Part shown: positions 19,480 to 28,805 of the stretch, piece by piece
Layout of the letters: every line of letters starts with the position of its first letter
Position numbering within the stretch: position 1 is the stretch's first letter
Translations under genes and position numbers: made by a program
Notes under the pieces: model-generated
The model's input: only the letters and a program-made list of their open reading frames with translations
Told to the model about the DNA's origin: nothing
Databases searched by the model: none
Origin: an uncultured Gemmatimonadales bacterium
GTDB lineage: Bacteria; Gemmatimonadota; Gemmatimonadetes; Longimicrobiales; RSA9
Length of the DNA: 64,000 bases
Reading direction: 5' to 3'
Assembly: GCA_963798845.1 (NCBI GenBank)
Contig: CAWCUS010000001.1
Coordinates: forward strand, 544,001-608,000

Positions 19480-20349
19480 CTAGAAGACGGACACCTTCAC
19501 GTACCGGCTCGGGTTCTGGCGCACGTCCAGGGCGAGGGCCCGGACCTCGCGCAGCGTGGCGGACAGGTCGCCGTAGAGCGTGGTGTCGTTGATGAGTCGA
19601 CCGAGCGTGCCATCGCCGCGGTCGAGCTTGTCCATCACCGAAGCCATGGACGCGAGCGACGGCTGGAGCGCGGCCAGCGTCTGGTTGGCCGTGAGCGCGC
19701 TGTTGCGGATCTCCGCCAGCGCATCCCCGGCGTTGGCTCCCGCCTGGGCCTGCTCCATCTGCTCGGCGGTGCGCCGGAGGGAGGAAGCGGCCAGGCTGAG
19801 CTGGGTGAAGGTGGCGCGCAGCTGGGCGGCGACTTCCGGCAGCACCGACGCCGTCGCCCTCAGGTGTGAGACCGCGTCGGGCGAGAGCAGCGAGTCCGCG
19901 GCCGTGAGAAGGCCCTGCGCCTGGTCGCCGAGCTCGGTGGCGAGCTGCGGGAGCGCGCGCTGCGTCATCCCCTGGATCGTGTCCCCGCCCTCCAGCAGGA
20001 CCAGGGCGCTGCCGGGGAGCAGCTGGACCGTGTTCTTGCCGAACATGTCGCCCGCCACGAGGGCGCGGGTGTCGGCGGGCAGGCGGATGGCGTCATCGAT
20101 CTTGATGGACACCGTGACCCGGCTCGGCGGCTCCAGGTGCACGCGCCGGACGGCGCCCACCTGCACGCCGTTGAGCTGCACTGCATCCCCTCGATTGAGG
20201 CCGGCGCCATCGGTCATGGCCACGACGATCTCGTCTCCGCCCACCAGGATCGGATCGCCCATGAGGAAGAAGAAGCCCCAGATGAACAGCGCCGTGGCCC
20301 CGATCACGAGCAGGCCGAGGGCGGTCAGGTTCCGTACCTGGTGTTCCAT
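19480..20349 (-). CDS. mlaD: MlaD/MCE family substrate-binding protein
   Basis: N-terminal TM; 'GLNRGDAVQLNGVQVGAV'; 'GDGTLGRLINDTTLY', 'NPSRY'. Confidence 0.9.
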   Translation of the reverse strand: MEHQVRNLTALGLLVIGATALFIWGFFFLMGDPILVGGDEIVVAMTDGAGLNRGDAVQLNGVQVGAVRRVHLEPPSRVTVSIKIDDAIRLPADTRALVAGDMFGKNTVQLLPGSALVLLEGGDTIQGMTQRALPQLATELGDQAQGLLTAADSLLSPDAVSHLRATASVLPEVAAQLRATFTQLSLAASSLRRTAEQMEQAQAGANAGDALAEIRNSALTANQTLAALQPSLASMASVMDKLDRGDGTLGRLINDTTLYGDLSATLREVRALALDVRQNPSRYVKVSVF

Positions 20350-20364
20350 CGCTCTATGTCCCCT

Positions 20365-21108
20365 TCATACCGCGGTTCCGAATCGGCGGTGCATGAACCG
20401 CCGGACGACCGGGTCTTCACTTTCCAGTATCTCCGCGGGCGTCCCGACCGCCCGAAGCTTCCCCTCGCTCAGCAGCGCCACGCGGTCGCCCACCTGGAAG
20501 GCGGACTCGAGGTCGTGGGTCACCACGATGCTCGTCACGCCCAGGTCCCGCGCGAGCTCGCTGATGAGCTCGTCGATCGTGTCCGCGTTCACGGGATCCA
20601 GTCCCGTGGTCGGCTCGTCGTACAGAACGTAGCGAGGCCGGCTCGCGATGGCCCTCGCCACGCCCACGCGCTTTCGCATCCCGCCCGACAGCTCCGCGGG
20701 ATACTGGTCCAGAACATCCGCGTCGAGGTTCACGCGCGCCAGTAGCGTCGCGGCCTCGTCGCGCGTGCTCTCAAGCGGCCGCGTCGAATCCTCGTCCGTG
20801 AGCGCCAGCGCCAGGTTGGCCGCCACGGTCATGGAATCGAACAGCGCGGAGTGCTGAAACACGTACCCCACCTTGCGACGCACCCGCTTCAGCTGCTCCG
20901 GTGAGGCATGCGGAATCGAGACTCCGTCCACGCGAACGTCGCCCCGATCAGGCATGAGCAGGCCGATGGCGTGCTTGAGCAGCACGCTCTTGCCCGTGCC
21001 GGACGGCCCCAGCAGCGCCAGTGTCTCCCCCTCCCGCACGGTGAGATCGACGCCGGACAGGACCGGCTCGCCCCCGAAGGTCTTCCAGACGCTCCGGAAC
21101 TCGATCAT
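20365..21108 (-). CDS. mlaF: MlaF-type ABC transporter ATP-binding protein
   Basis: Walker A 'GPSGTGKS', 'ELSGGMRKRV', 'YDEPTTGLDP', 'VVTHD'. Confidence 0.93.
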   Translation of the reverse strand: MIEFRSVWKTFGGEPVLSGVDLTVREGETLALLGPSGTGKSVLLKHAIGLLMPDRGDVRVDGVSIPHASPEQLKRVRRKVGYVFQHSALFDSMTVAANLALALTDEDSTRPLESTRDEAATLLARVNLDADVLDQYPAELSGGMRKRVGVARAIASRPRYVLYDEPTTGLDPVNADTIDELISELARDLGVTSIVVTHDLESAFQVGDRVALLSEGKLRAVGTPAEILESEDPVVRRFMHRRFGTAV

Positions 21109-21936
21109 TCACGCCACCTTCAGGAGCGGGATCAGCAGCAGGTCGAGGATCATCACCGCCAGGGTGGTGGCCACCACGGCCGAGGTGGTGGTGCGACCCA
21201 CCCCCTCCGCGCCCCCGCGCCCCTCGAGCCCGATGAAACAGGCGAGGAACGTGATGGTTACCCCGAACACCGCACCTTTGATCACCGAGAAGAAGAGCAC
21301 CCAGGGACGGAAGTAGAAACGGGCGCCGAACAGGAAGTCCGCCGTGGTCAGACCGTCCTGCGACAGCATGCCCGTCATCCAGCCGGCGCAGATCCCGACG
21401 GCGTCCGCCAGGATCACGAGCGACGGGACCACCAGCGCGCCGCCGACCACGCGCGGCACGATGAGCAGCGTGATCGGGTCGCGTCCGATGGAATAGAGGG
21501 CGTCCACCTGCTCGGTGACCTTCATGGTGCCCAGCTCGGCAGCGATGCTGGCGCCCAGCCGCCCGATGAGGACGATGGCGGTGAGCACCGGGCCCAGCTC
21601 GGTGAGTACGCCCGCCGTCACCACCGCTCCGGTCACCCAGGTCGGGAGCCCCCCGGCGAACTGCGAGCCCGTCTGCTGGGAGGCGATCGCCCCGCCGATC
21701 GCGCCCATGAACGCCACCAGAGGGAGCGAGCGAATGCCCATGGCGTACGCCTGGCTCACCGACGCGTGCACGTACTTCCGGGGCGACATCAGGGTGCGCA
21801 CGATCGCCGCCGCCATCAGCGCGCTCCGGCCCACGCGGTCCAGTCCGCTCTGGGCTGCGCCGATTACGTCCGGCGCCCGTAGCCGCCGCCGAGCCGCCAC
21901 GTCAGGAAGAAGGGTCCGCCGGAGACCGTTCGGCAT
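21109..21936 (-). CDS. mlaE: MlaE family ABC permease
   Basis: 'ELGPVLTA', 'AAELGTMKVTEQVDAL', 'GGAEGVGRTTT'; start position uncertain. Confidence 0.92.
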   Translation of the reverse strand: MPNGLRRTLLPDVAARRRLRAPDVIGAAQSGLDRVGRSALMAAAIVRTLMSPRKYVHASVSQAYAMGIRSLPLVAFMGAIGGAIASQQTGSQFAGGLPTWVTGAVVTAGVLTELGPVLTAIVLIGRLGASIAAELGTMKVTEQVDALYSIGRDPITLLIVPRVVGGALVVPSLVILADAVGICAGWMTGMLSQDGLTTADFLFGARFYFRPWVLFFSVIKGAVFGVTITFLACFIGLEGRGGAEGVGRTTTSAVVATTLAVMILDLLLIPLLKVA

Positions 21937-22426
21937 CGGCGGAAGCACGGGACTCGGAGTCGCCCCAGAGCGAGAGCGCGAGCAGGATCGCGCCAATGGT
22001 GATGCCCGCGTCGGCCAGGTTGAACGTCCAGAAGCGCACGTTCCCGAGCCCTACGTCAATGAAGTCGACGACGCCCGCCGCGCCCCGCAGCCGGTCGATC
22101 AGGTTCCCCAGGGCCCCGCCGGTGACCAGCCCGAGGGCCACCAGCTGGACGCGACGCTCCGGCGGCGTGCCACGGTACATGAGGTAGAGCGCCGCGAGAG
22201 CCAGGAACGCGAGGAAGATGAAGATGATCCGGGAGGCCGGGCCCACGTCGAGGCCGAAGGCCGCGCCGGGGTTGTAGGCGAGCGTGAACCGGACCACGCC
22301 GCCCAGGACGTCGGTGGGGGAGTGGAGCGTCAGGTTCTGCTCCGCCACGCGCTTCGTCCCGCAGTCCCCGAGCGCCAGACCCAGGAGGAGCGGCCAGAAG
22401 AGACGGGCTTTCGGCTTCGAAGTCAT
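21902..22426 (-). CDS. lspA: Signal peptidase II
   Basis: 'YNPGAAFG', 'GGALGNLIDR', 'VVDFID', 'FNLADAGI'. Confidence 0.95.
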   Translation of the reverse strand: MTSKPKARLFWPLLLGLALGDCGTKRVAEQNLTLHSPTDVLGGVVRFTLAYNPGAAFGLDVGPASRIIFIFLAFLALAALYLMYRGTPPERRVQLVALGLVTGGALGNLIDRLRGAAGVVDFIDVGLGNVRFWTFNLADAGITIGAILLALSLWGDSESRASADAERSPADPSS

Positions 22427-22445
22427 CCCGACTGTGTCCCGCGCT

Positions 22446-23591
22446 TCAGCCGGCGTTGCTGAGGATCCGGTCCACCAGCTCCTCGTTCGTCTTCGTGCGC
22501 TTCATGAACGCCAGCAGCTTCTCCATGGCCGAGACCGGCGGGTCGTCGGACAGCTGGCGGCGGAGCAGATGCGAGACGCGCAGCATGTCGTTCGTCAACA
22601 GCAGCTCCTCGCGACGCGTCGCGCTTCCGTTCAGGTCGATGGCCGGCCAGATCCGCTTGTCCGCCAGTTCGCGGTTCAGCACCAGCTCGCTGTTCCCCGT
22701 GCCCTTGAACTCCTCGAAGATCACGTCGTCCATGCGCGAGCCCGTGTCGATCAGCGCCGTGGCGATGATCGTGAGGCTGCCGCCGCCCTCGTCGCCCGAG
22801 ATGTTGCGTGCGCTCCCGAGGAACCGCTTCGGCTTCTCCAGCGAGTTGGCATCCAGCCCACCCGACAGCGTCCGGCCGGAGCCCTCCTCCACCGTGTTGT
22901 AGGCGCGGGCCAGGCGAGTGATCGAGTCCAGGATGATCACCACGTCCTCACCCAGCTCCGCCCGGCGACGCGCCCGCTCCAGCGTGATTTCCGCCACGTT
23001 CACGTGACGCTCCGCCGGGTGGTCGAAGCTCGAGGAGATCACTTCCCCGAAGCCGGTATTCTCCATCTCCGTCACTTCTTCCGGCCGCTCGTCCACCAGC
23101 AGGATCATCAGGTAGGACTCCGGATAGTTCTTCACGATGCCCTCGGCGATCGCCTGGAGCACCATGGTCTTCCCCGCCTTCGCCGGCGCCACGATGAGCG
23201 CCCGCTGACCCTTGCCGAAGGGGCAGAGCAGGTCGATGATCCGGTTCGTGTAGTCCGGCTGGCCGCGGCGCTCCAGCCCGCACTCCAGCACCAGCTGCTC
23301 GTCCGGGTGCAGCGCGCTCAGTCGCTGGAAGTCCCGGCGAGGGCCGAGCGACTCCGGTGGACGGTTGTTCACCGCCACCAGCCGCGTCAGCGGCGCGCTC
23401 TTGCCGCGACCCGGCGCCTGACCCACGTCGCCGTAGATCTCGTCGCCCGTTCGCAGGTCGAATTTCTGGACCACCTTCTGGCCCACGTAGATGTCACTGT
23501 TGCCCGGGACGTAGCCATCGTCCTTGCGGCGGATGAACCCGGAGCCGCTCGAGAGGACCTCGAGCACGCCGAGAGGCGCTTCCTTGATCAC
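22446..23591 (-). CDS. rho: Transcription termination factor Rho (short, lacks N-terminal helical bundle)
   Basis: 'GVLEVL..GSGFIR', 'DIYV', 'GKGQRALIVAPAKAGKT', 'DERPEEVT', 'DSITRLARAYN', 'FEEFKGTGN'; probable GTG start at 23591. Confidence 0.93.
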   Translation of the reverse strand: MIKEAPLGVLEVLSSGSGFIRRKDDGYVPGNSDIYVGQKVVQKFDLRTGDEIYGDVGQAPGRGKSAPLTRLVAVNNRPPESLGPRRDFQRLSALHPDEQLVLECGLERRGQPDYTNRIIDLLCPFGKGQRALIVAPAKAGKTMVLQAIAEGIVKNYPESYLMILLVDERPEEVTEMENTGFGEVISSSFDHPAERHVNVAEITLERARRRAELGEDVVIILDSITRLARAYNTVEEGSGRTLSGGLDANSLEKPKRFLGSARNISGDEGGGSLTIIATALIDTGSRMDDVIFEEFKGTGNSELVLNRELADKRIWPAIDLNGSATRREELLLTNDMLRVSHLLRRQLSDDPPVSAMEKLLAFMKRTKTNEELVDRILSNAG

Positions 23592-23869
23592 GTGCCCTTC
23601 CCTGTCCGTCTGTTCGGGGGTTCGTCTGGGGCCGGCCCACTCCGGGCCGGATCCTACGGCTGGCGCGCTCGCACGAACGCAGCGACACCAGTTGAAATCA
23701 CGCGGGCTCCGCCGATATCGGACATTCTGGCGGACGCCGGGCCGGTCTGGAACTGCCACCGGTCGGCGGCCGCACGAGGATGTCGCGGGTCCGACGGAAC
23801 CGTCAACCCGGCGGACTCCCGAGGAGTCCGGCGCGTTGCACGGCATGGATGGTGCCCGCGGAACTGCAA

Positions 23870-23942
23870 TGGAGCTGAGGGGATTCGAACCCCTGACCCC
23901 CTGCTTGCAAAGCAGGTGCTCTCCCGACTGAGCTACAGCCCC
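23870..23942 (-). tRNA. tRNA-Ala(TGC)
   Basis: Reverse complement GGGGCTGTAGCTCAGTCGGGAGAGCACCTGCTTTGCAAGCAGGGGGTCAGGGGTTCGAATCCCCTCAGCTCCA; G3:U70 pair, TGC anticodon, GTTCGAA T-loop; CCA not encoded. Confidence 0.97.
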
Positions 23943-24249
23943 GAAACCCTTCCTGCACTCAAGCGAACGCCCGGGGCCATGCGAACGGAATCATAAGGCC
24001 CGCATTGCCGCGGCGGAAGGGCGACAGCCGCGAGTGCGAATACTCACGGTTGGACGGGTAGTTCCGCACCGCTGCAAACCGCCTCGACGCGGGCAATGCT
24101 CGCCGTCTCACTCGTGGCGGGCACAATGAGGCTCTGGATGCCGGCCGAAGAGCTGACGCGCCAGCCCGCGCGTCCGGCCCTCTTCATGCAGTTCGTCAGC
24201 CTCGCCGAGCCGGCGGTGGTGGTGATCCGTGGGCGGCGCGGGTGGGCCC

Positions 24250-24276
24250 TGTCGATCTCGTGACCCCACGTTCGAC
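24250..24276 (+). promoter_or_regulatory. ECF42-type promoter TGTCGA-N17-CGAC
   Basis: TGTCGA at 24250-24255 and CGAC at 24273-24276 upstream of the YciI-ECF42 pair; resembles the ECF42 consensus as I recall it. Confidence 0.65.
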
Positions 24277-24338
24277 GCATGGTAGGAGGCGTCCGGAGAG
24301 GCCGGCGCCCCTCGAACCGAAGACGAGGAGATTCTGCA

Positions 24339-24770
24339 ATGCGCGTCATGGTGATCGTGAAGGCGAACGAGGAGTCCGAGGCGGGGGTCATGCCGAGCAC
24401 GGAGCTTCTCACCGAGATGGGCACCTACAACGAGGAGCTGGTGAAAGCCGGCGTGATGCTCGCGGGCGAGGGGCTCGCGGCGAGCTCGGAAGGCAAGCGG
24501 ATCCGCTTCGAAGGCGCGAAGCGGACGGTCGTCGACGGACCGTTCGCCGAGACCAAGGAGCTGATCGCGGGATACTGGATCTGGCAGGTCCGCTCGATGG
24601 ACGAGGCGGTGGAGTGGCTGAAGCGTGCGCCGTTCGACGGCGGCACGGAAGTCGAGATCCGGCGCATCTTCGGGGTCGACGACTTCGGGGAGGAGCTCAC
24701 GCCCGAGCTCCGAGAGCAGGAGAAGCGGGTGGGGGCGCAGGCGTCCGAGAACGCGAAGAAGAACGGGTGA
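24339..24770 (+). CDS. YciI/DGPF family protein
   Basis: 'VDGPFAETKELIAGYW', 'EAVEWLKRAP'; GAGGAG RBS. Confidence 0.93.
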   Translation: MRVMVIVKANEESEAGVMPSTELLTEMGTYNEELVKAGVMLAGEGLAASSEGKRIRFEGAKRTVVDGPFAETKELIAGYWIWQVRSMDEAVEWLKRAPFDGGTEVEIRRIFGVDDFGEELTPELREQEKRVGAQASENAKKNG

Positions 24771-26038
24771 GCGAGGCTGCGGCGCGCGAGGCGATCGACG
24801 CGGTCTGGCGGATCGAGTCTGCCAGGCTCATCGCCGGGCTCACCCGCATGGTGGGCGACCTCGGCATGGCCGAGGACCTGGCGCAGGACGCGCTGGTCGT
24901 GGCGCTGGAGAAGTGGCCGGAGTCGGGCGTCCCGGACAACCCGGGCGCCTGGCTCATGGCCACGGCCAAGCACCGGGCGCTGGACCATTTCCGCAGATCG
25001 AAGATGCTCGACCGCCGACACGGAGACCTGGCGCGACGCCTCGAGGCCGACGAGCGCGATGCCGGTAGCGAGCTGGACGCGGCCATCGACGACTTCATCG
25101 GAGACGACCTGCTCCGCCTGATCTTCACCACGTGTCACCCCGTGCTGGCGCGGGAGTCCCGGGTTGCGCTCACCCTCCGCCTGCTCGGCGGGCTCACCAG
25201 CGAGGAGATCGCCCGCGCCTTCCTGGTTCCGGTGAAGACGCTCCAGCAGCGGATCGTGCGCGCGAAGCGCACGCTCCGTGAGGCTCGCATCCCGTTCGAG
25301 GTGCCGCCGCCGGAGGAGGCGGGCGAGCGTCTCGAATCCGTGCTCGAGGTCGTCTACCTCGTCTTCAACGAGGGCTACACCGCCACGGCCGGGGAGGACT
25401 GGATCCGGCCGTCGCTCTGCGAGGAGGCGCTCCGCCTCGGACGCATCCTGGCCGAGCTGGCGCCGGGCGAGCCCGAGGTGCACGGCCTGGTGGCGCTCAT
25501 GGAGATCCAGGCCTCGCGCCTGGGCGCGCGGCGGAGGGCCGGGGGCGAGCCGGTCCTGCTGATGGACCAGGACCGCGCTCGCTGGGACCACCTCCTCATC
25601 CGACGCGGCCTCGCCGCTCTGGACCGGGCCGCAGCCCTCGATCGGCCGCTCGGGCCCTACTGGCTCCAGGGGGCGATCGCGGCGTGCCACGCCCGGGCCC
25701 CCAGGCCCGAGGACACGGACTGGGACCGCATCGTGGCGCTCTACGACGCGCTCGCGCAGGTCGCCCCGTCGCCGGTGGTCGAGCTGAACCGGGCCGTCGC
25801 CGTGGGCATGGCGTTCGGCCCCGAGGCCGGGCTCGACCTGGTCGACGAGCTCGCCGCCGAGCCGGCGCTCGAAGGCTACCACTGGCTCCCGAGCGTGCGC
25901 GCCGACCTGCTGTCCAGGCTCGGCCGCTACGGCGAAGCCCGGGTGGAGCTGGAGCGCGCCGCTTCGCTGGCGAGGAACGTCCAGGAGCGAACGCTCCTCC
26001 TCGACCGCGCCCACGGACTGCGCGTGCACGAGGCGTGA
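24767..26038 (+). CDS. ECF42-type RNA polymerase sigma factor with C-terminal TPR extension
   Basis: 'AEDLAQDAL', 'DDLLRLIFTTCHP', 'EIARAFLV', 'VYLVFNEGY', 'QDRARWD', 'LNRAVA'; GTGA coupling to the YciI gene. Confidence 0.93.
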   Translation: MSEAAAREAIDAVWRIESARLIAGLTRMVGDLGMAEDLAQDALVVALEKWPESGVPDNPGAWLMATAKHRALDHFRRSKMLDRRHGDLARRLEADERDAGSELDAAIDDFIGDDLLRLIFTTCHPVLARESRVALTLRLLGGLTSEEIARAFLVPVKTLQQRIVRAKRTLREARIPFEVPPPEEAGERLESVLEVVYLVFNEGYTATAGEDWIRPSLCEEALRLGRILAELAPGEPEVHGLVALMEIQASRLGARRRAGGEPVLLMDQDRARWDHLLIRRGLAALDRAAALDRPLGPYWLQGAIAACHARAPRPEDTDWDRIVALYDALAQVAPSPVVELNRAVAVGMAFGPEAGLDLVDELAAEPALEGYHWLPSVRADLLSRLGRYGEARVELERAASLARNVQERTLLLDRAHGLRVHEA

Positions 26039-26134
26039 CATTGGTCGCCGCTCCCTGTCGATCCGCGCCCGCGTGACGGGACCCACGTGCGATTGCCGTC
26101 ATTTCGCCCGCGGCCTCGCGCGAGTGAGCGGCGT

Positions 26135-26867
26135 TCAGGCCTCATCCGTCAACGCGTGACGAAAGCCCTGCCGCCAGCTCTTCCACGCGGGCTGCCAGTC
26201 CAGCTGGGCCCTCGCTTTCGCGTTCGACGACCCTCGACCCTCCGTCAGCCAGCGCGCGACGGCCTCGCCTGCGGCCAGCCGCCCCAGCCACACCGGCACG
26301 CGGAACGGTGGCTTCGCCCCGACGGCGGCGGCCATCCAGGGTAGCCACTCCGACTCGGGAGCGGGGTCGTCGTCGACGATGTTGTAGACGCCTCGCTTTC
26401 CCCGTTCCAGCGCGGCCACCGTCGCCGCCGCGGCGTCGTCCAGGTGGATCCACGACCACACGCCGGTCCCGCCCCCGACGATCGGAAACTGCCGCTTCCG
26501 GACCAGCTCGACGAGCGGCTCCGACGCGCCCGGTCCGTAGAAGTTGCCGTAGCGGAGCACGATCCCCTCCAGGGGCGCGGCCAGCACCGCATCCTCGAGG
26601 AACCGGATCGCCGCGAGCGTCTCCCTCTGGGCCTTCGCCGGTTCGGGCTCGAGAGGGTCGTCCTCGCTCTTCACCGGACCGCCGGTGCGGGGATTCGGCG
26701 GCTGCGTCCAGGCCATCGACGACGACCACGTCGGCCCCGAGAGCCCGGAGATCGTCGATCTTGCCGCGGCTCCGTGTCGTCGCGGTCACCTGATGGCCTC
26801 GCTCGATCAGTTGCGGCACCAGCGTCCGCCCGATCGCTCCGCTCGCTCCTGCCAGGAATGCGTGCAT
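26135..26867 (-). pseudogene. NAD-dependent epimerase/dehydratase with internal deletion and frameshift near 26692
   Basis: N-part 'FLAGASGAIG...DGLDAAA' joins out of frame to 'NPRTGGPVKSEDDPL...LRYGNFYGPG...WIHLDDAA...YNIVDDDP'; the central Rossmann-fold segment is absent. Confidence 0.8.
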
Positions 26868-27028
26868 GTCGAGCCTCCCTCCACCACGGCTTCGTCTTCG
26901 TCCTTTCCATCACCCCCGGCACGTTTGGCCCGGCCCGGTTGGGACGCGGGCCGCAGGTTCCGGGACGCGGCCGCTCTGCCGGAGCGCACGCAGCACGGGC
27001 GCACGCGAGTGAACCGCCAGCAGAAACC

Positions 27029-27472
27029 TCAGCTCACCGCCCGCTTCACCAGCGCCGAGATCCTCTTCTCATCCGCGGCGGTGAGCTTCGTCAGCGCGAA
27101 TGAAGTCGGCCACATGTGGCCCTCGTCCAGGCTCGCCGCGTCATTGAAGCCGAATGTGGCGTAGCGCTCCTTGAACTTGTGCGCGGGTTTGAAGAAGCAG
27201 ATGACCTTGCCGTCCCGCGCCCAGGCGGGCATGCCGTACCAGGTTTTCGGCGACAGCCCCGGCGCGCTGGCCATGACGATCGCATGCAGCCGCTCGGCCA
27301 TGACGCGATCCGGCTCCGCCAGCTCCGCGATCTTGGCGAGCAGGTCCTGCTCCCCGTTCGCCTTCCCTTTCTTACCGCCCTTCTCCGCCTTCAGCTCACG
27401 CGCGCGGTCCTTCATGGCGGCGCGTTCCTCGGCGGTGAAACCAGCGGACGTCTTCTTCCTCGCTGCCATCAT
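27029..27472 (-). CDS. DUF1801/YdhG-like protein
   Basis: 'FTAEERAAMKDRARELK', 'PKTWYGMPAWA', 'RYATFGFND', 'MWPTSFAL'; AAGGAGG RBS. Confidence 0.88.
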   Translation of the reverse strand: MMAARKKTSAGFTAEERAAMKDRARELKAEKGGKKGKANGEQDLLAKIAELAEPDRVMAERLHAIVMASAPGLSPKTWYGMPAWARDGKVICFFKPAHKFKERYATFGFNDAASLDEGHMWPTSFALTKLTAADEKRISALVKRAVS

Positions 27473-28353
27473 CCCTCCTTGTGAAATTCGAGCTCCTCCA
27501 GTGCCAGCGCCGCGAGCGCGTCGCGGTCCGCCACGGCGTCCAGGGCCGTGATCCTCCCGCCAACGATCGCGAGCTTGACCACGAGCAGCATGCGCCCCTT
27601 CACCGGCACCAGGATCCCGACCTCGCCGTCGATGAGGCCGGGAACGGCCGCGCTCGCGCGCCCGATGAAGAACTCCGCCACGCCGCCCGCACCCTGATGC
27701 TCGGCCGGGCCGCCCATCCGGATGCCCTGGGCGTCGCACCGAAAGACGACATCGGGATCGAGCACCGCCACCAGCGCCTCGAAGTCACCGGCTTTCGCGG
27801 CTGCGATGAAGGCTTCGACGACCTCACGCTTGCGATGCCGGTCGAGATCCGATGGCGATGCGCCCTGGATGCGACGCCTTGCACGACTGGCCAGCTGCCG
27901 CGCGGCCGCGGGCGTCCGTCCGACGACGGGGGCGATGTCATCGAACGGCAGGTCGAACATGTCGTGGAGCACGAACGCCACGCGCTCCGCCGGGTTCAGC
28001 GTCTCCAGAACCACCAGCAGGGCCAGCCCGACCGCGTCCGCAAGCTCGGTCTCCTCCTCCGGGTTCCGTTCATGACGCCGGCCGCCCGCGGGTTCGGGTT
28101 CGTCGAACCACAACGCCTCTTCCCGCCGTGACCGCCGGGCGCGCAGCATGTCCAGGCAGACACGTCCCACGATCGTGGTCATCCAGCCGCCGAGATTGTC
28201 CACTCCATCGGCCCCGGCACGGCTCATTCGCAGCCACGCCTCCTGAACGGCATCGTCCGCCTCGGCGGCCGAGCCGAGCATGCGGTAGGCGACGCCCTGC
28301 AGATGGGTTCGCTGCGTCTCGAACCGCCGGGCCAGCAATTCTCGTTCATCCAT
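27469..28353 (-). CDS. ECF41-type sigma factor with SnoaL-like C-terminus
   Basis: 'VAYRMLGSAAEADDAVQEAWLR', 'ERVAFVLHDMF', 'RQLASRARRR', 'GDFEALVAVLDPDV'; alternative GTG start at 28362. Confidence 0.92.
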   Translation of the reverse strand: MDERELLARRFETQRTHLQGVAYRMLGSAAEADDAVQEAWLRMSRAGADGVDNLGGWMTTIVGRVCLDMLRARRSRREEALWFDEPEPAGGRRHERNPEEETELADAVGLALLVVLETLNPAERVAFVLHDMFDLPFDDIAPVVGRTPAAARQLASRARRRIQGASPSDLDRHRKREVVEAFIAAAKAGDFEALVAVLDPDVVFRCDAQGIRMGGPAEHQGAGGVAEFFIGRASAAVPGLIDGEVGILVPVKGRMLLVVKLAIVGGRITALDAVADRDALAALALEELEFHKEG

Positions 28354-28362
28354 CGGTTGCAC

Positions 28363-28416
28363 TCACTCCCTGCCATCCATTCTCACCCGGGCTCCACGCC
28401 GCGACGTCTCGCTCAT
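28363..28416 (-). CDS. 17-aa micro-ORF (leader peptide or remnant) MSETSRRGARVRMDGRE
   Basis: AAGGAGG RBS before ATG 28416; TGA abuts the GTG at 28362 of the sigma gene. Confidence 0.35.
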   Translation of the reverse strand: MSETSRRGARVRMDGRE

Positions 28417-28465
28417 GCCGTTTCCTCCTTGAATCTCTGGCCGGACGCTGCGTCCTCGACAGGTT

Positions 28466-28491
28466 GACGGATCGAACCCGAAAATTGTGAC
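28466..28491 (-). promoter_or_regulatory. ECF41-type promoter GTCACA-N16-CGTC
   Basis: Minus strand reads GGTCACA attttcgggttcgatc CGTC upstream of the ECF41 operon. Confidence 0.65.
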
Positions 28492-28805
28492 CGCACAAGA
28501 AATGGCGCTGGCCAAGGTGGCAGCGGGAAGCGGGGAGCTCGCGTCGCATCCCTGGTCCCTACGATCCTGCGCCCGGCCAGGCGCCCCGGGTGGCCGGCTT
28601 CCTGCGGCGCGCCAATTCGGGTGTGTCAACCCGGCGTCATACCCGTGGAGGCGGATGCGCGCGATGGCGGCGGCCGGAGAGCGGGCCGCGAGGCGGGCCG
28701 GACTCGGGTCGCAGCGATGCTCGACTACGTGTTCGCGACCAGCGCGTCGTACGGATGCGGGCGACGGGGAGGAAGGAGGAGCGACGGTCGACCGGAGCGG
28801 CAAGC

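Noticed and set aside
26056..26082. Second TGTCGAT downstream of the ECF42 gene as a promoter
   Set aside because: No matching CGAC/CGTC -10 at the expected spacing, and it points into a convergent gene.
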